This document shows positions 9,492 through 18,177 of a DNA stretch of 64,000 nucleotides, one piece after another. Origin of the DNA: Bdellovibrionota bacterium (GTDB lineage: Bacteria > Bdellovibrionota_C > UBA2361 > OMII01); assembly GCA_044360075.1 (NCBI GenBank), contig JBIKLA010000011.1:26668-90667 (forward strand), in the 5' to 3' direction. The notes under the pieces were generated by a model, which saw nothing but the letters and a program-made list of their open reading frames with translations, was not told the origin of the DNA and made no database searches. Position 1 is the first letter of the stretch. Every line of letters starts with the position of its first letter. The position numbers and the translations under genes are program-made.

Positions 9492-11081
9492 TTACTTTGC
9501 CGAAGCTGTTTGCTCATCCGAGGTCTCGGCCTGCTTACCTCGATCCCCTTTTCCTCGCGAAGAGGTGGAAGGGGGTTCGGGCGGAACCTCGCGAGCCGCG
9601 GCGTGAGAACGAGTGCCCTCCATCTCGAAGGCATATTCATCCGGGCGCAAGCGCCCATCGGGAAGAATCAGTATCTGAACCCCGTGCTCAGCCTCAAGCT
9701 GCGCGATCTCGGCGCGCTTGTTGTTAAGCAGGAAAAACGCCGGCATGGAGCTCAGGCGCGTCTTTACCTTGGCGACGTGACCCACTACGACCGCGGCCTG
9801 AATCTTGCGCAGTGCCTCAAGTGCCACAAGCTCCGGGTTCTTGATGCTGCCCGTGCCATGACAGTGGTCACATTTAATGTGGCTGTGGCTCGTAAGCGAG
9901 GACCGAAGGCGCTGCCGAGACATCTCAAGGAGCCCAAACTGGGAGAGTCGCCCAAGCTCGATACGGGCCTTATCCTCCGAGAGCGAGTCCTGGAGCCGGC
10001 GCTCAACGGCGCTGCGGTGCCGCTTGTCGATCATGTCGATGAAATCGATAACGACCAGGCCCCCAAGATCGCGCAGGCGCAACTGGCGGGCGATCTCCTC
10101 AGCCGCCTCAAGGTTGGTCTTGTAGGCCGTTTCCTCGATGTTTTGGCTGTCCGTGGCTTTGCCTGAGTTAACGTCGATCGCCACGAGCGCTTCAAGCTGC
10201 TCGATGACGATGGCGCCGCCCGAGCGGAGCTTCACCTCGCGGGCGAGGGCATCATGAACCGCCTGGTCCATTCCGAAGTGTGTGAAGATCGGCTGCTTCT
10301 CCTCGTAGAGGCGGATGCGCGAGCGGTAGCGCGGCATCACCTGGCTGACGAACTCCTTCACGTTGCGGAAGGTCTTGACGTCGTCAATGATGATCTCGCG
10401 CACGTCCGGCGTAAAATAGTCTCGAATAACGCGGGTCGTGAGATTGTTGTCCTTGAATAGAAGGCAGGGGGCCTGGGCGGTCTGGTTGGCGCTCAGGATG
10501 CTCTCCCAAAGCTTGAGTTGGAGGGTGAGATCCCGCGAGAGCTCACTCTGTGAGCGGTCGAGGCCTGCTGTCCTGATAATCATGCCGATGCCGGCCGGCA
10601 TCTCAAGCTCCCGTGACAGCCTGCGCAAACGCACCCGCTGCTCGTTGTCGTTAATCTTTCGCGATATGCCGCCCCGATCGCTGCCCGGCATAATGACTAG
10701 GTATCGTCCAGGCAAGGAGAGATAGGTCGTAAGGGTCGCGCCCTTGAGATCCCGCTCCTCCTTAACGATCTGCACCACGAGCTCTTGGCCTGGCTCAAGG
10801 ACGTCTTGGATTCGCACTTTGCCGGACCGGCCAGGGGCGTTCTTGAAACACGAAGGATGAACGTCGTTAATCTGGAGGAAACCGTTTCTGTCGGTGCCGA
10901 TGTCGACGAAGGCCGCCTGCAGGCTGGGCTCAATCCGCGAAATCCGCCCGCGGTAAATGTTCCCCTTGGCTTTCTTGCCTACGTTCGACTCAAGCTCGAG
11001 CTCAGCTAGCTGCGAGCCCTCGATAATAGCGATGCGGCACTCCTCGGGGTGCACCGCATTGATAACCATTCTCCGGTCCAT
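9492..11081 (-). CDS. rng: ribonuclease G (RNase E/G family, catalytic domain only)
   Basis: S1 domain at the N-terminus (IYRGRISRIEPSLQAAFVDIG), DNase I-like domain and Zn-link CxxC (CDHCHGTG); 529 aa. Confidence 0.85.
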   Translation of the reverse strand: MDRRMVINAVHPEECRIAIIEGSQLAELELESNVGKKAKGNIYRGRISRIEPSLQAAFVDIGTDRNGFLQINDVHPSCFKNAPGRSGKVRIQDVLEPGQELVVQIVKEERDLKGATLTTYLSLPGRYLVIMPGSDRGGISRKINDNEQRVRLRRLSRELEMPAGIGMIIRTAGLDRSQSELSRDLTLQLKLWESILSANQTAQAPCLLFKDNNLTTRVIRDYFTPDVREIIIDDVKTFRNVKEFVSQVMPRYRSRIRLYEEKQPIFTHFGMDQAVHDALAREVKLRSGGAIVIEQLEALVAIDVNSGKATDSQNIEETAYKTNLEAAEEIARQLRLRDLGGLVVIDFIDMIDKRHRSAVERRLQDSLSEDKARIELGRLSQFGLLEMSRQRLRSSLTSHSHIKCDHCHGTGSIKNPELVALEALRKIQAAVVVGHVAKVKTRLSSMPAFFLLNNKRAEIAQLEAEHGVQILILPDGRLRPDEYAFEMEGTRSHAAAREVPPEPPSTSSRGKGDRGKQAETSDEQTASAK

Positions 11082-11410
11082 GAATCCTCTCCGTTAAGGG
11101 AGGCGCTTCGAGCGACGCAGCTCCTGACACACGTCCCGCAGAACGCGCGAGCGCGCTTCCGCATAGCACAGCCGAAGGGCAGAGCCTTCGTCCTGTTATC
11201 GTGCCGTCAGATGGGTAATTCATATCACTCATTGGAACGCTGCAGTCTCAAGGAGCTATCGCTCCGTCTCGTCTCAGTCGCTTAGGGCAAGTCGCCACTA
11301 AACACCTGCGATTTGAGCACCTTCCGTACTTTTAAAAATCTGTTGTTGGATAACCCCAACCAGCCTCGGACGGTAACACACTTCCGAAGTCAGGGGTACA
11401 TTTAACTACG

Positions 11411-11788
11411 TTACGCCGTTTGCTCCTTTTTAAAAAACAAGGCTTCGACCTGACAAGCCAAGTCCTTGAATTTACAAGGCTTTACAATCACTTTCGTGCA
11501 TCCTGCCTGCTCTGCCTCCTGGTGCGCCTGGGGATCATCGAGGGCTGTAAACGCCACAATCGGCACGGTAACACCGCGATTGCGCATCTCCCTGACGCAC
11601 GCCTGACCCGTCATCGCCGGCATCATCAGATCGATGATAATAACGTCCGGCCGCGATGACCCTAATTCGCGCAGGGCGGAGACTCCATCGCAGTGACGGA
11701 TAACCTCAAATCCGCGCCCTTCGAATATAGTGTTTACTATGTCGAGGGCCGACGCGTCGTCGTCGATGACAAGGATGCGGCTACTCAT
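11411..11788 (-). CDS. stand-alone response-regulator receiver (CheY-like) protein
   Basis: Receiver motifs ILVIDDD, phospho-acceptor D in IIIDLMMP, and the conserved T and K positions; 125 aa. Divergent from the T3SS-like operon. Confidence 0.8.
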   Translation of the reverse strand: MSSRILVIDDDASALDIVNTIFEGRGFEVIRHCDGVSALRELGSSRPDVIIIDLMMPAMTGQACVREMRNRGVTVPIVAFTALDDPQAHQEAEQAGCTKVIVKPCKFKDLACQVEALFFKKEQTA

Positions 11789-12023
11789 GGCAAAACCAGA
11801 TGGCGAAAGACAGCAGTCGCCCAGATTGTAACTATTACTCCCAATAGAGATGCATCTCTCGGGATCTAGGATACAAATTACTCCAGGCAGTTGAGCCTTT
11901 TAGCAATTTTATAAATATGTTTGACGCTATCTTCTTGAAAACTATGGACCGTTAGCCGATATGACCCCTTAGGAAGAAGTACTAGGGATTTCCCACTCTA
12001 TAAGTGCCCGAAACGGTTGTGTT

Positions 12024-12043
12024 CATTGCAGACGTCTGCAATG
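12024..12043. promoter_or_regulatory. perfect 20-bp palindrome CATTGCAGACGTCTGCAATG overlapping the ATG of the first FHA gene
   Basis: The sequence equals its own reverse complement. It lies at the head of the FHA/T3SS operon, directly after the AT-rich intergenic region 11789–12016. Confidence 0.6.
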
Positions 12044-13426
12044 AAGCGGAGCCCCTGGGCAAAGCGGATTGCGTGCATGTTTGCGCTTGAGATCACTTTT
12101 AAGGGCGAAAAGCCCTCCACGGAGACGGTTTTCATCCGTCGTCCGTTGGCTGTTATCGGCGCAGATGAGGCGGCGCACGTGATCGTCGATGAGATGCGCT
12201 CTCTCGGATACAACCTGCTTATTAGTCGCGATGTAGGGAGAAAGTTCACCCTCACGCCGATCAACACCTCAAGCGACGGCGCCCAACCCTCCTTTCTTGA
12301 CGGCGTCTACGAGGGGGAATCGAGTGTCGACCTCGGCCCGGTCAAGTTTCACTTCGTGGCGATCGATGGCGACCTGATGCTTCGTGAGACTGAGGCTCCT
12401 GATAGGGCTGGGGCGAGAATTCTGCGCCAGGCAGCAACGAGCAAGGCACCCCTGTACCCGGCGCTCATCGTCACCTCCCAGCCGCGCGTTGTTGTGTCGT
12501 TCTCTCCAGATCAGCCGGTGCTCGTTGGGCGATCGCGCCAATGCTCGCTCCGGCTCGATAATTCTGCTATCTCTTCGCGCCACGCCCGCGTCGGCTACGA
12601 GGGCGGAAAGTTTTGGGTGGAGGACCTGGGCTCAAGCAACGGAACCTTCGTCAACAACCAGCAGATCAGCGGCCGCGTTAACATAGACCCAGGCGCTCAC
12701 ATTTCGTTTGGCAAGGAGGTCACCGCGCGCGGAGTCGTATCCTCAGAGCAGGCCTCGGACGTCTCTGCAGGCGTAAGCCTCTCAAGCCCCAAGGCAGTCA
12801 GCAAGGAGAAGCGCTACCCGATTCTGGTCTCGCTCTCAGAGAGCGCCCGGCCGGCCAAGATTGTGCTCAATGCAGGTGCGGTCATCTCGCTTGGCCGGGA
12901 TCCGTCGAGCGACATGTGGCTCGGGGCTCCTCACGTGTCTCGGCGCCACTGTGCCGTCGAGGTGACGAAGAACGGCGTCGTTCGAATCACGGACTGCAGC
13001 ACTAACGGCACGGCTTACGACGGCGGCATGCTGCGCCGCGACCAAACTTTCGAAAGCTCCGACAAGCCAATCGTGCTCGATTTCGGGGGCAATGTGACTG
13101 TGGCCCTGTGCTTCTCGGAGAAGGACGAACAGGCGTTCACCAATGCGGGCGGCTCAAGCGCGACCTTCCGATTGCCACAGGGTGCGGAAGCAGCATCTTT
13201 CGGCAAACGTGCGGCGAACACCCGCTCGCGGCGGACAACCGCCTGGCTTCAGACCCCGGCGGAGCTCCTCGCCTTGGGAGAAGACACCGGCAAGCGTGGG
13301 GGCTTACGGCAGCTCTACGCGCGACTGTCCTGGCAGGGAAGGCTCGTGCTCGGACTGGCCGCCGTAGGATTAATAGGCGTGTTCGCCCTCGTAGTGGCTA
13401 TTTTAGTTTTGGGATTTCAGAGGTGA
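12041..13426 (+). CDS. double-FHA-domain protein with a C-terminal transmembrane anchor (SctD-like cytoplasmic module?)
   Basis: Two FHA signatures (GR..C...L......SRRHA...-N-SSNGTFVN and GRDPSSDMWLGAPHVSRRHCAVEV...TDCSTNGTAYDG). Single C-terminal TM segment (LVLGLAAVGLIGVFALVVAILVLGF). The ORF-track frame opens at TTG 12017; the ATG at 12041 is preferred. Confidence 0.7.
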   Translation: MKRSPWAKRIACMFALEITFKGEKPSTETVFIRRPLAVIGADEAAHVIVDEMRSLGYNLLISRDVGRKFTLTPINTSSDGAQPSFLDGVYEGESSVDLGPVKFHFVAIDGDLMLRETEAPDRAGARILRQAATSKAPLYPALIVTSQPRVVVSFSPDQPVLVGRSRQCSLRLDNSAISSRHARVGYEGGKFWVEDLGSSNGTFVNNQQISGRVNIDPGAHISFGKEVTARGVVSSEQASDVSAGVSLSSPKAVSKEKRYPILVSLSESARPAKIVLNAGAVISLGRDPSSDMWLGAPHVSRRHCAVEVTKNGVVRITDCSTNGTAYDGGMLRRDQTFESSDKPIVLDFGGNVTVALCFSEKDEQAFTNAGGSSATFRLPQGAEAASFGKRAANTRSRRTTAWLQTPAELLALGEDTGKRGGLRQLYARLSWQGRLVLGLAAVGLIGVFALVVAILVLGFQR

Positions 13427-13500
13427 CGTGCGGTTTTTGGCTAAGGGCTGTTCGTAAGGAACATCTACCGGTTTGTGTGATACTGAGTGAAAGGTGAACT

Positions 13501-14742
13501 ATGGCGAGCGAAACGAGCGATCTGACATTTGTGCGATGCCCCTCATGCAGGAGCCTCGTGCCCGCGAGCGCAACCCGCTGTCGCATCTGCAACAACCCGC
13601 TCGACGCCCTCAACAAGGATGAGGGCGAAAGTGAGGCGCCCAAGCCAAGCGGCGGCCGAGTGCGCCAAAAGACGATCACCGCCTCTCCGCAGGAGGTTGA
13701 AGCGGCGATTCAGTCCGCGCAGGCCGCGCGCCCAGCGCCGCCACCACCCCCTGCGCCTCAGCGGACGGCAGCAGCTCCTGCGCAGGATGCTGTCGATGAT
13801 CTGGACCCGCTTGGGGCTTACCTTCAGGAGATGGAGACTGGAGCTCCCGCAGAGGCTCCCGTCAGGGAGCCCGCTCAGGCGGCATCACCGATGCCCGCGG
13901 CGGACGATGATGACGACCTATTCGACCTCGACATCTTCGACGACCCCATAGGCGAGGGGCCGGCACCCATCCTGAAAACGACGCGAGAAGAGGATCCCTT
14001 CCGGGCGGAGCTTCCGCTCGACGAGCCTCCCGCTGCACCGGAGCCGCCAGCGCGCAAGCCAGTCGAGGCGACTCCGCGTCCCGCCGAGCGACCGCGCCCT
14101 GCTGCGCCGCCGCAGCAGGCCAAGCCAGCAAATAACGAGCCTCGCCGAAACGAAGGCCGGCCACAGCACGATTCCCAGCAGGGGCAAAACCGCAGCGACC
14201 GAATGCAGGATCAGCGGCAGACAAAGCCATCCTCCGCACCGCAGCAGCGCTCACCTGAGCCGAACAGGCCTCGCCGGGATGACAGGGACAATCGCCGGCC
14301 AGAGCGGCCACCTCGTCAGGATCCGCCGAGGCGGGAGCCTGAGCGCCGGGAGGAGATGAGCGACCGCGCCGCAGTGACTGGTCCGAAGACTGGCAAGATG
14401 CGCCCAGGCCGCCTCTTCGGCTGGCTCGTGAGCTACGAAAACCCCGACGGTCGTGCCATCGAGCTGCGCGAGGGCAAGTTCTTTGTTACTGCCTCGAGCA
14501 TCAAGGGCTCCGACCTCGTGCTTGAGGATCCTAGCATCTCCACCCCGCACGCCCTCATGTCGATCAGCGATTCGGGTCTGCTAGTGCAGGACCTCATGAG
14601 CGACAACGGCGTGTTCGTGCGGGTCCACGGCGACGGCGACTACCGCAGGGAGGACGGCATCATTCGGGTGGCGCACGGCGACTGGATTCGTTTCGGCGAC
14701 GTCGATTTCCTGGTTATCGTCGTTCCGTCGTCTGCGAAGTAG
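13501..14742 (+). CDS. zinc-ribbon / proline-rich / FHA-domain protein
   Basis: N-terminal CPSCRS...CRIC zinc ribbon, a long Pro/Ala/Arg-rich linker, and a C-terminal FHA domain (GKFFVTASSIKGSDLVLEDPSISTPHALM...DLMSDNGVFV). Confidence 0.7.
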   Translation: MASETSDLTFVRCPSCRSLVPASATRCRICNNPLDALNKDEGESEAPKPSGGRVRQKTITASPQEVEAAIQSAQAARPAPPPPPAPQRTAAAPAQDAVDDLDPLGAYLQEMETGAPAEAPVREPAQAASPMPAADDDDDLFDLDIFDDPIGEGPAPILKTTREEDPFRAELPLDEPPAAPEPPARKPVEATPRPAERPRPAAPPQQAKPANNEPRRNEGRPQHDSQQGQNRSDRMQDQRQTKPSSAPQQRSPEPNRPRRDDRDNRRPERPPRQDPPRREPERREEMSDRAAVTGPKTGKMRPGRLFGWLVSYENPDGRAIELREGKFFVTASSIKGSDLVLEDPSISTPHALMSISDSGLLVQDLMSDNGVFVRVHGDGDYRREDGIIRVAHGDWIRFGDVDFLVIVVPSSAK

Positions 14743-14756
14743 GTTATAAGGATCTC

Positions 14757-15611
14757 ATGCGTCCAGCGCGTTTTCTCCTGACTTGTCTTCTCACCGCATC
14801 TGTTCTGGGATGCAGCGAGTCTCAGGTTGCGGACGACCTGGCGCAGCGAGACGCAAACCGCATCGTGGCCGAGCTCCGCTCGCGAGGAATCGAAGCCGTC
14901 ACCTCGAAGGAAAGGGGAGCCAAGGGCCGATACTCAGTGTCTGTGCCCAGCTCCCGCTTCGGCGATGCGGCGATGATCCTCAACGATCTAGGACTCCCTG
15001 GCGAGGCGAAGCCCTCATTCGCAGACCTCGTTGCAGCCTCGGGAATACTACCCAGCTCCCGCGAGGTCGAGGCGATGCGCCTCGACCGGGCGTCAGCCGC
15101 GGAGGTGGAGAGCCTTCTCGCAGAGCACCCGGCAGTCGTTTCGGTGGGGGCTATAGTCCGCATGCGGTCGCTTCAGGGCAGCGACGCCCCGTCGGTATCG
15201 GTCATCATCCAGAAGCGCGAGGGATCGGCGCTTGACGAGCTGGCAGTTCGCGATATTGTCCTGCGCTCCGTTCCGGGGATGAAGCCGGAAGCGCTTATGG
15301 TGACGATCGCAGAGCAGCGCCCGGCGCCGACGTTAGTGGGAATTCCGGCGGCGGACTCGCTTGTTCCATTCCTTGTTTTTTGGCGGGTGCCCCAAGAGGA
15401 CTACGGGGGACTCTCGATCCTGCTGCTCGGCCTGCTCGCCGCGATATCTGGCTTGGCAGCTCTCGGGGGCTACATATTCGGGCAATATAACCTGAGCCGG
15501 CATACGGATGCGCTGCGGCTCGAGGCGATTGAGGCCACGAAGGGCGATCCTGAGTTTAGGTATCTCGACTCTCGCGGAGAGAGGAATGAAGATGAGGAGG
15601 ACGAGCCATGA
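14757..15611 (+). CDS. sctJ: type III secretion inner-membrane ring lipoprotein, SctJ (YscJ/PrgK/EscJ) family
   Basis: Lipobox LGC. The N-terminal domain aligns position-by-position with PrgK/YscJ (ANRIVAELRSRGIEA..KGRYSVSVP...FGDAAMILNDLGLP). C-terminal TM helix present. At 284 aa it is far shorter than FliF. Confidence 0.8.
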   Translation: MRPARFLLTCLLTASVLGCSESQVADDLAQRDANRIVAELRSRGIEAVTSKERGAKGRYSVSVPSSRFGDAAMILNDLGLPGEAKPSFADLVAASGILPSSREVEAMRLDRASAAEVESLLAEHPAVVSVGAIVRMRSLQGSDAPSVSVIIQKREGSALDELAVRDIVLRSVPGMKPEALMVTIAEQRPAPTLVGIPAADSLVPFLVFWRVPQEDYGGLSILLLGLLAAISGLAALGGYIFGQYNLSRHTDALRLEAIEATKGDPEFRYLDSRGERNEDEEDEP

Positions 15612-15832
15612 GCGCATCGGCCTGGGAGCAACTGAATCCGCTCGAGCGCGCCCTTGTGGCGGTTGCGGTGCTAATCGACGGCGGGGACGCGGGCAGCATA
15701 CTGCTGCTCGACTCAAAGCGCGGCGAGCTGCTAAGGGAAGCGGCGCTGTACTTCGGCGGCTTGGATCTCGACGCGCGACTTCCATATATGGGAACGCTCC
15801 TGCGCCGGGCTATTGAGGATCAGGAGGAATAG
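15608..15832 (+). CDS. small hypothetical protein (74 aa), translationally coupled to sctJ
   Basis: ATGA overlap with the sctJ stop codon. Helical prediction. Positional candidate for a small T3SS component (SctI/SctK-like), with no sequence proof. Confidence 0.35.
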   Translation: MSASAWEQLNPLERALVAVAVLIDGGDAGSILLLDSKRGELLREAALYFGGLDLDARLPYMGTLLRRAIEDQEE

Positions 15833-16193
15833 GGATGTGGCCAACGAGCGGGACGATCTCGAATCCTACCGTGCACAGGTCGTCGCGGAGCTTGAGTGCC
15901 GCGTCGATCGGGTCAAGCGCATCGATGGCGAGATCGCAGCCGCTGATTTTCGCCTTGAGTCGCTTCGGGCAGGAGCCAGAATTCCCTCCGGCAACACTGG
16001 CAGGTTGCTTACCCAGGTGGCGCTGCGCGACAAGATCAGGCGCGAGAGGCTGCAACTGGAGCGCGAGCGCACGGAGGCTGTGGAGGACGTCAAGCGCGCC
16101 CAAGAGAGGCTTGAGCAGGTGGACGGTGAGATTGAACAGGGGGACGGCGGCTCGCATGAGCTCGACGATGCCCCAGAGGGAGACGAGGACTAA
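15813..16193 (+). CDS. charged coiled-coil protein (126 aa); positional candidate for an SctO/FliJ-like stalk protein
   Basis: Heptad-rich Arg/Glu sequence directly upstream of sctQ, ending 1 nt before the sctQ start. In Ysc-type operons yscO precedes yscP-yscQ. Confidence 0.35.
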   Translation: MRIRRNRDVANERDDLESYRAQVVAELECRVDRVKRIDGEIAAADFRLESLRAGARIPSGNTGRLLTQVALRDKIRRERLQLERERTEAVEDVKRAQERLEQVDGEIEQGDGGSHELDDAPEGDED

Positions 16194-17231
16194 GTGAGCG
16201 GGCAAGAGCCGATAGAGAGCGGAGAGGCACAAGAGGTTCAGCCCTGGGAGCCCCAGCGCATGCTGAGGCGTATCTCAGAGCTGGAAGCGGCGCTGTCGCG
16301 TGGCTTCCTCAGGTGCCGGCCGGAGAAGTGGTTCCCGGGGCTCTCCACCCAATGGATGCCGGTGGCGCACGCCTTCGGCTGCGAGATCGCCGTGACGGAC
16401 ATAAAGCCGGTGCTGGCGGAGCCGCCGAGCAGTGATGCCGCTTTTGTTGGCGTTGTGTCGGGCGAGGAGATGACGCTCGTGCTCGACGCGGACTCCTCCT
16501 CGGCAATGCTTGGCGAGGCGCTTCCGGGCACTGACGGCTTCGCGGCATCGGTGGCACAGGAGTACCTCATGCGGAGGCTGTTCTACTCGCTCGTGACCTC
16601 TTGGACGGGCCCTGAGATCTCATCCGTTTCGTTCCAGGGAAGGCTTGCCTCGCAGCCTGTCAGGACGGCAGGAAGCGTCAAAGTCACGTGCTCGCTTAAC
16701 ACCTCGCAGGTGGTTATCTGGTTCGGGCTAGGAGAACGGATGCTCGCAACCCTCGACGGGCTGTGGCGACGCCAGGTTCAGTCGACTGCCCGCGCCGGCG
16801 CCGGCAGCTCGCAGATTCGGCTTGAGGTGGCGCAGCTCGGGGTTCCGCCGCAGATGCTCTCGGACTACCTAAAACCGGGAACCGTCATCGATCTAGAGGT
16901 ACGGGCGAGCGACATGCTTACGGTTCGCGCGGGCGGCAAGGCCTGGATGCCTGGCCGCATGGTCAACGTGAACGGCAAGCTCGGATGCGAGATAGTGCCC
17001 GGTGCGGTCGCGGCGCCCAGTGTAGCAGAGGGAACTACCCGCCTTTCGATCGAGCTGGGCAACCTGCCCGTCGAGGGTAGCCAGATAGCTGAGTTCGGCC
17101 AGGTGGGTGCCGTAATCGTTACAGGAACCCAGATTGGGCAGGAGGTTGTGCTCTCAATAAACCAGGAGCCGGTGGGTCGCGCTCGGCTGTGCGTATACGA
17201 AGGCCGTTTCGCCATCGAAGTTATCCCGTAA
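16194..17231 (+). CDS. sctQ: type III secretion cytoplasmic-ring protein SctQ (YscQ/FliN family) with tandem SpoA domains
   Basis: C-terminal SpoA/FliN signature (RLSIELGNLPVEGSQIAEFGQVGAVIVTG...EVVLSINQEPVGRARLCVYEGRFAIEVI) and a second internal SpoA-like repeat (QIRLEVAQLGVPPQMLSDYLKPGTVIDLEV...). GTG start. Confidence 0.75.
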   Translation: MSGQEPIESGEAQEVQPWEPQRMLRRISELEAALSRGFLRCRPEKWFPGLSTQWMPVAHAFGCEIAVTDIKPVLAEPPSSDAAFVGVVSGEEMTLVLDADSSSAMLGEALPGTDGFAASVAQEYLMRRLFYSLVTSWTGPEISSVSFQGRLASQPVRTAGSVKVTCSLNTSQVVIWFGLGERMLATLDGLWRRQVQSTARAGAGSSQIRLEVAQLGVPPQMLSDYLKPGTVIDLEVRASDMLTVRAGGKAWMPGRMVNVNGKLGCEIVPGAVAAPSVAEGTTRLSIELGNLPVEGSQIAEFGQVGAVIVTGTQIGQEVVLSINQEPVGRARLCVYEGRFAIEVIP

Positions 17232-17391
17232 GCCTCGACAACAGCTTGATATAACAACACTATCGATCAAGACCCCCAGAACGAAAGCGGGATGCCCCTT
17301 CTCGGCGTGCTGCGTTTCGTGCTACCTAGAGGCATGTGGGGGAGGTAGATGTCTGCGCCCCCTATTCAGTATCTTTCATTCGGGAGGTGTG

Positions 17392-18114
17392 ATGGTACGC
17401 GCGTTCTTTTCAAGCTTAAGCTCACTGGTGTCGGTCTCCGCTGCCGTTGTAATTGGAACGGGGCTGGTGGGATGCCGGGCTTCAGCCGCTCCCGACGCGG
17501 GCTTCATCGATCAGCCTCAACTCATGCACCAGGACGACAAACTGCCTTTTGACGCGGTTTGGTTTAAGGACGGGATTGATTACTCGAAGTTTAAGACGGT
17601 GTACATCGCTCCCGTAGACACGACTCACCTTCTCCAGCAGGACTGGTGGGACAAGGCCAACTTTGCTGCGGGCAGCCAGGAACAGCAGGCCGAGGAACTC
17701 GCTGAGTACCTGCGGAATGAGGTAAAGCAGCAGTTCGTGGATGATGATGAGAACCGCTACTCGGTGGTGGACACGCCGGCCAACGATAGCCTCATAGTTG
17801 AGCTGGCGATCGTAGAGGTCGTCCCGACCAAGGTATGGCTCAACGCGATCGGGTACATCGTCCTGGGCCCTCTTGATCAGGGCGTCACGGCGTTCGAGGG
17901 CCGCTTCCGGGATGGCGCAACCCAGGAGGTCATCGCCGAGTTTAAGGACCGCGAGTTTGGGCAGATGGATATCGTCAGTATCGCCGACCTTCAGTGGAAC
18001 AGGCACTCGCGCCATACCTGCGAAGCCTGGGGCGATCAGCTCGAGGAGGTTCTGTACCGCAAGCCTGGCGAGACCGTCTCGCGCATGTCGACGGTAACGC
18101 TGCGCCCCTGGTAA
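17392..18114 (+). CDS. lipoprotein of unknown function inserted between sctQ and sctR
   Basis: Signal peptide plus lipobox (VVIGTGLVGC). GGGAGG ribosome-binding site 4 nt upstream of the ATG at 17392. No recognised domain. Confidence 0.55.
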   Translation: MVRAFFSSLSSLVSVSAAVVIGTGLVGCRASAAPDAGFIDQPQLMHQDDKLPFDAVWFKDGIDYSKFKTVYIAPVDTTHLLQQDWWDKANFAAGSQEQQAEELAEYLRNEVKQQFVDDDENRYSVVDTPANDSLIVELAIVEVVPTKVWLNAIGYIVLGPLDQGVTAFEGRFRDGATQEVIAEFKDREFGQMDIVSIADLQWNRHSRHTCEAWGDQLEEVLYRKPGETVSRMSTVTLRPW

Positions 18115-18177
18115 GCGGCGATCCGGCCACCACATTCCGTCTAGGCGGGGCGCTCCATCAGCTCTAGTATAGAGCGC

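Noticed and set aside
9074-10166. Plus-strand ORFs (217 aa, 240 aa) lying inside the RNase G gene on the opposite strand
   Set aside because: They lie entirely antisense to a confidently assigned, conserved rng gene. Their Arg/Pro/Ala-rich translations are typical of GC-rich antisense frames, and they have no ribosome-binding site or motif.
13529-14550. Multiple ORFs in other frames or strands across the Pro-rich region of the FHA and zinc-ribbon gene
   Set aside because: Proline and arginine codon bias creates long open frames on all strands. Only the frame containing the zinc ribbon and the FHA domain is coherent.
14757-15611. Alternative interpretation of the YscJ-family gene as flagellar FliF
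   Set aside because: At 284 aa it has one lipobox and a single C-terminal TM, whereas FliF is roughly twice as long with two TM helices and no lipobox. No other flagellar-specific genes (flgB/C, fliE, fliG, fliM) were found in the window, and a TPR chaperone is present.
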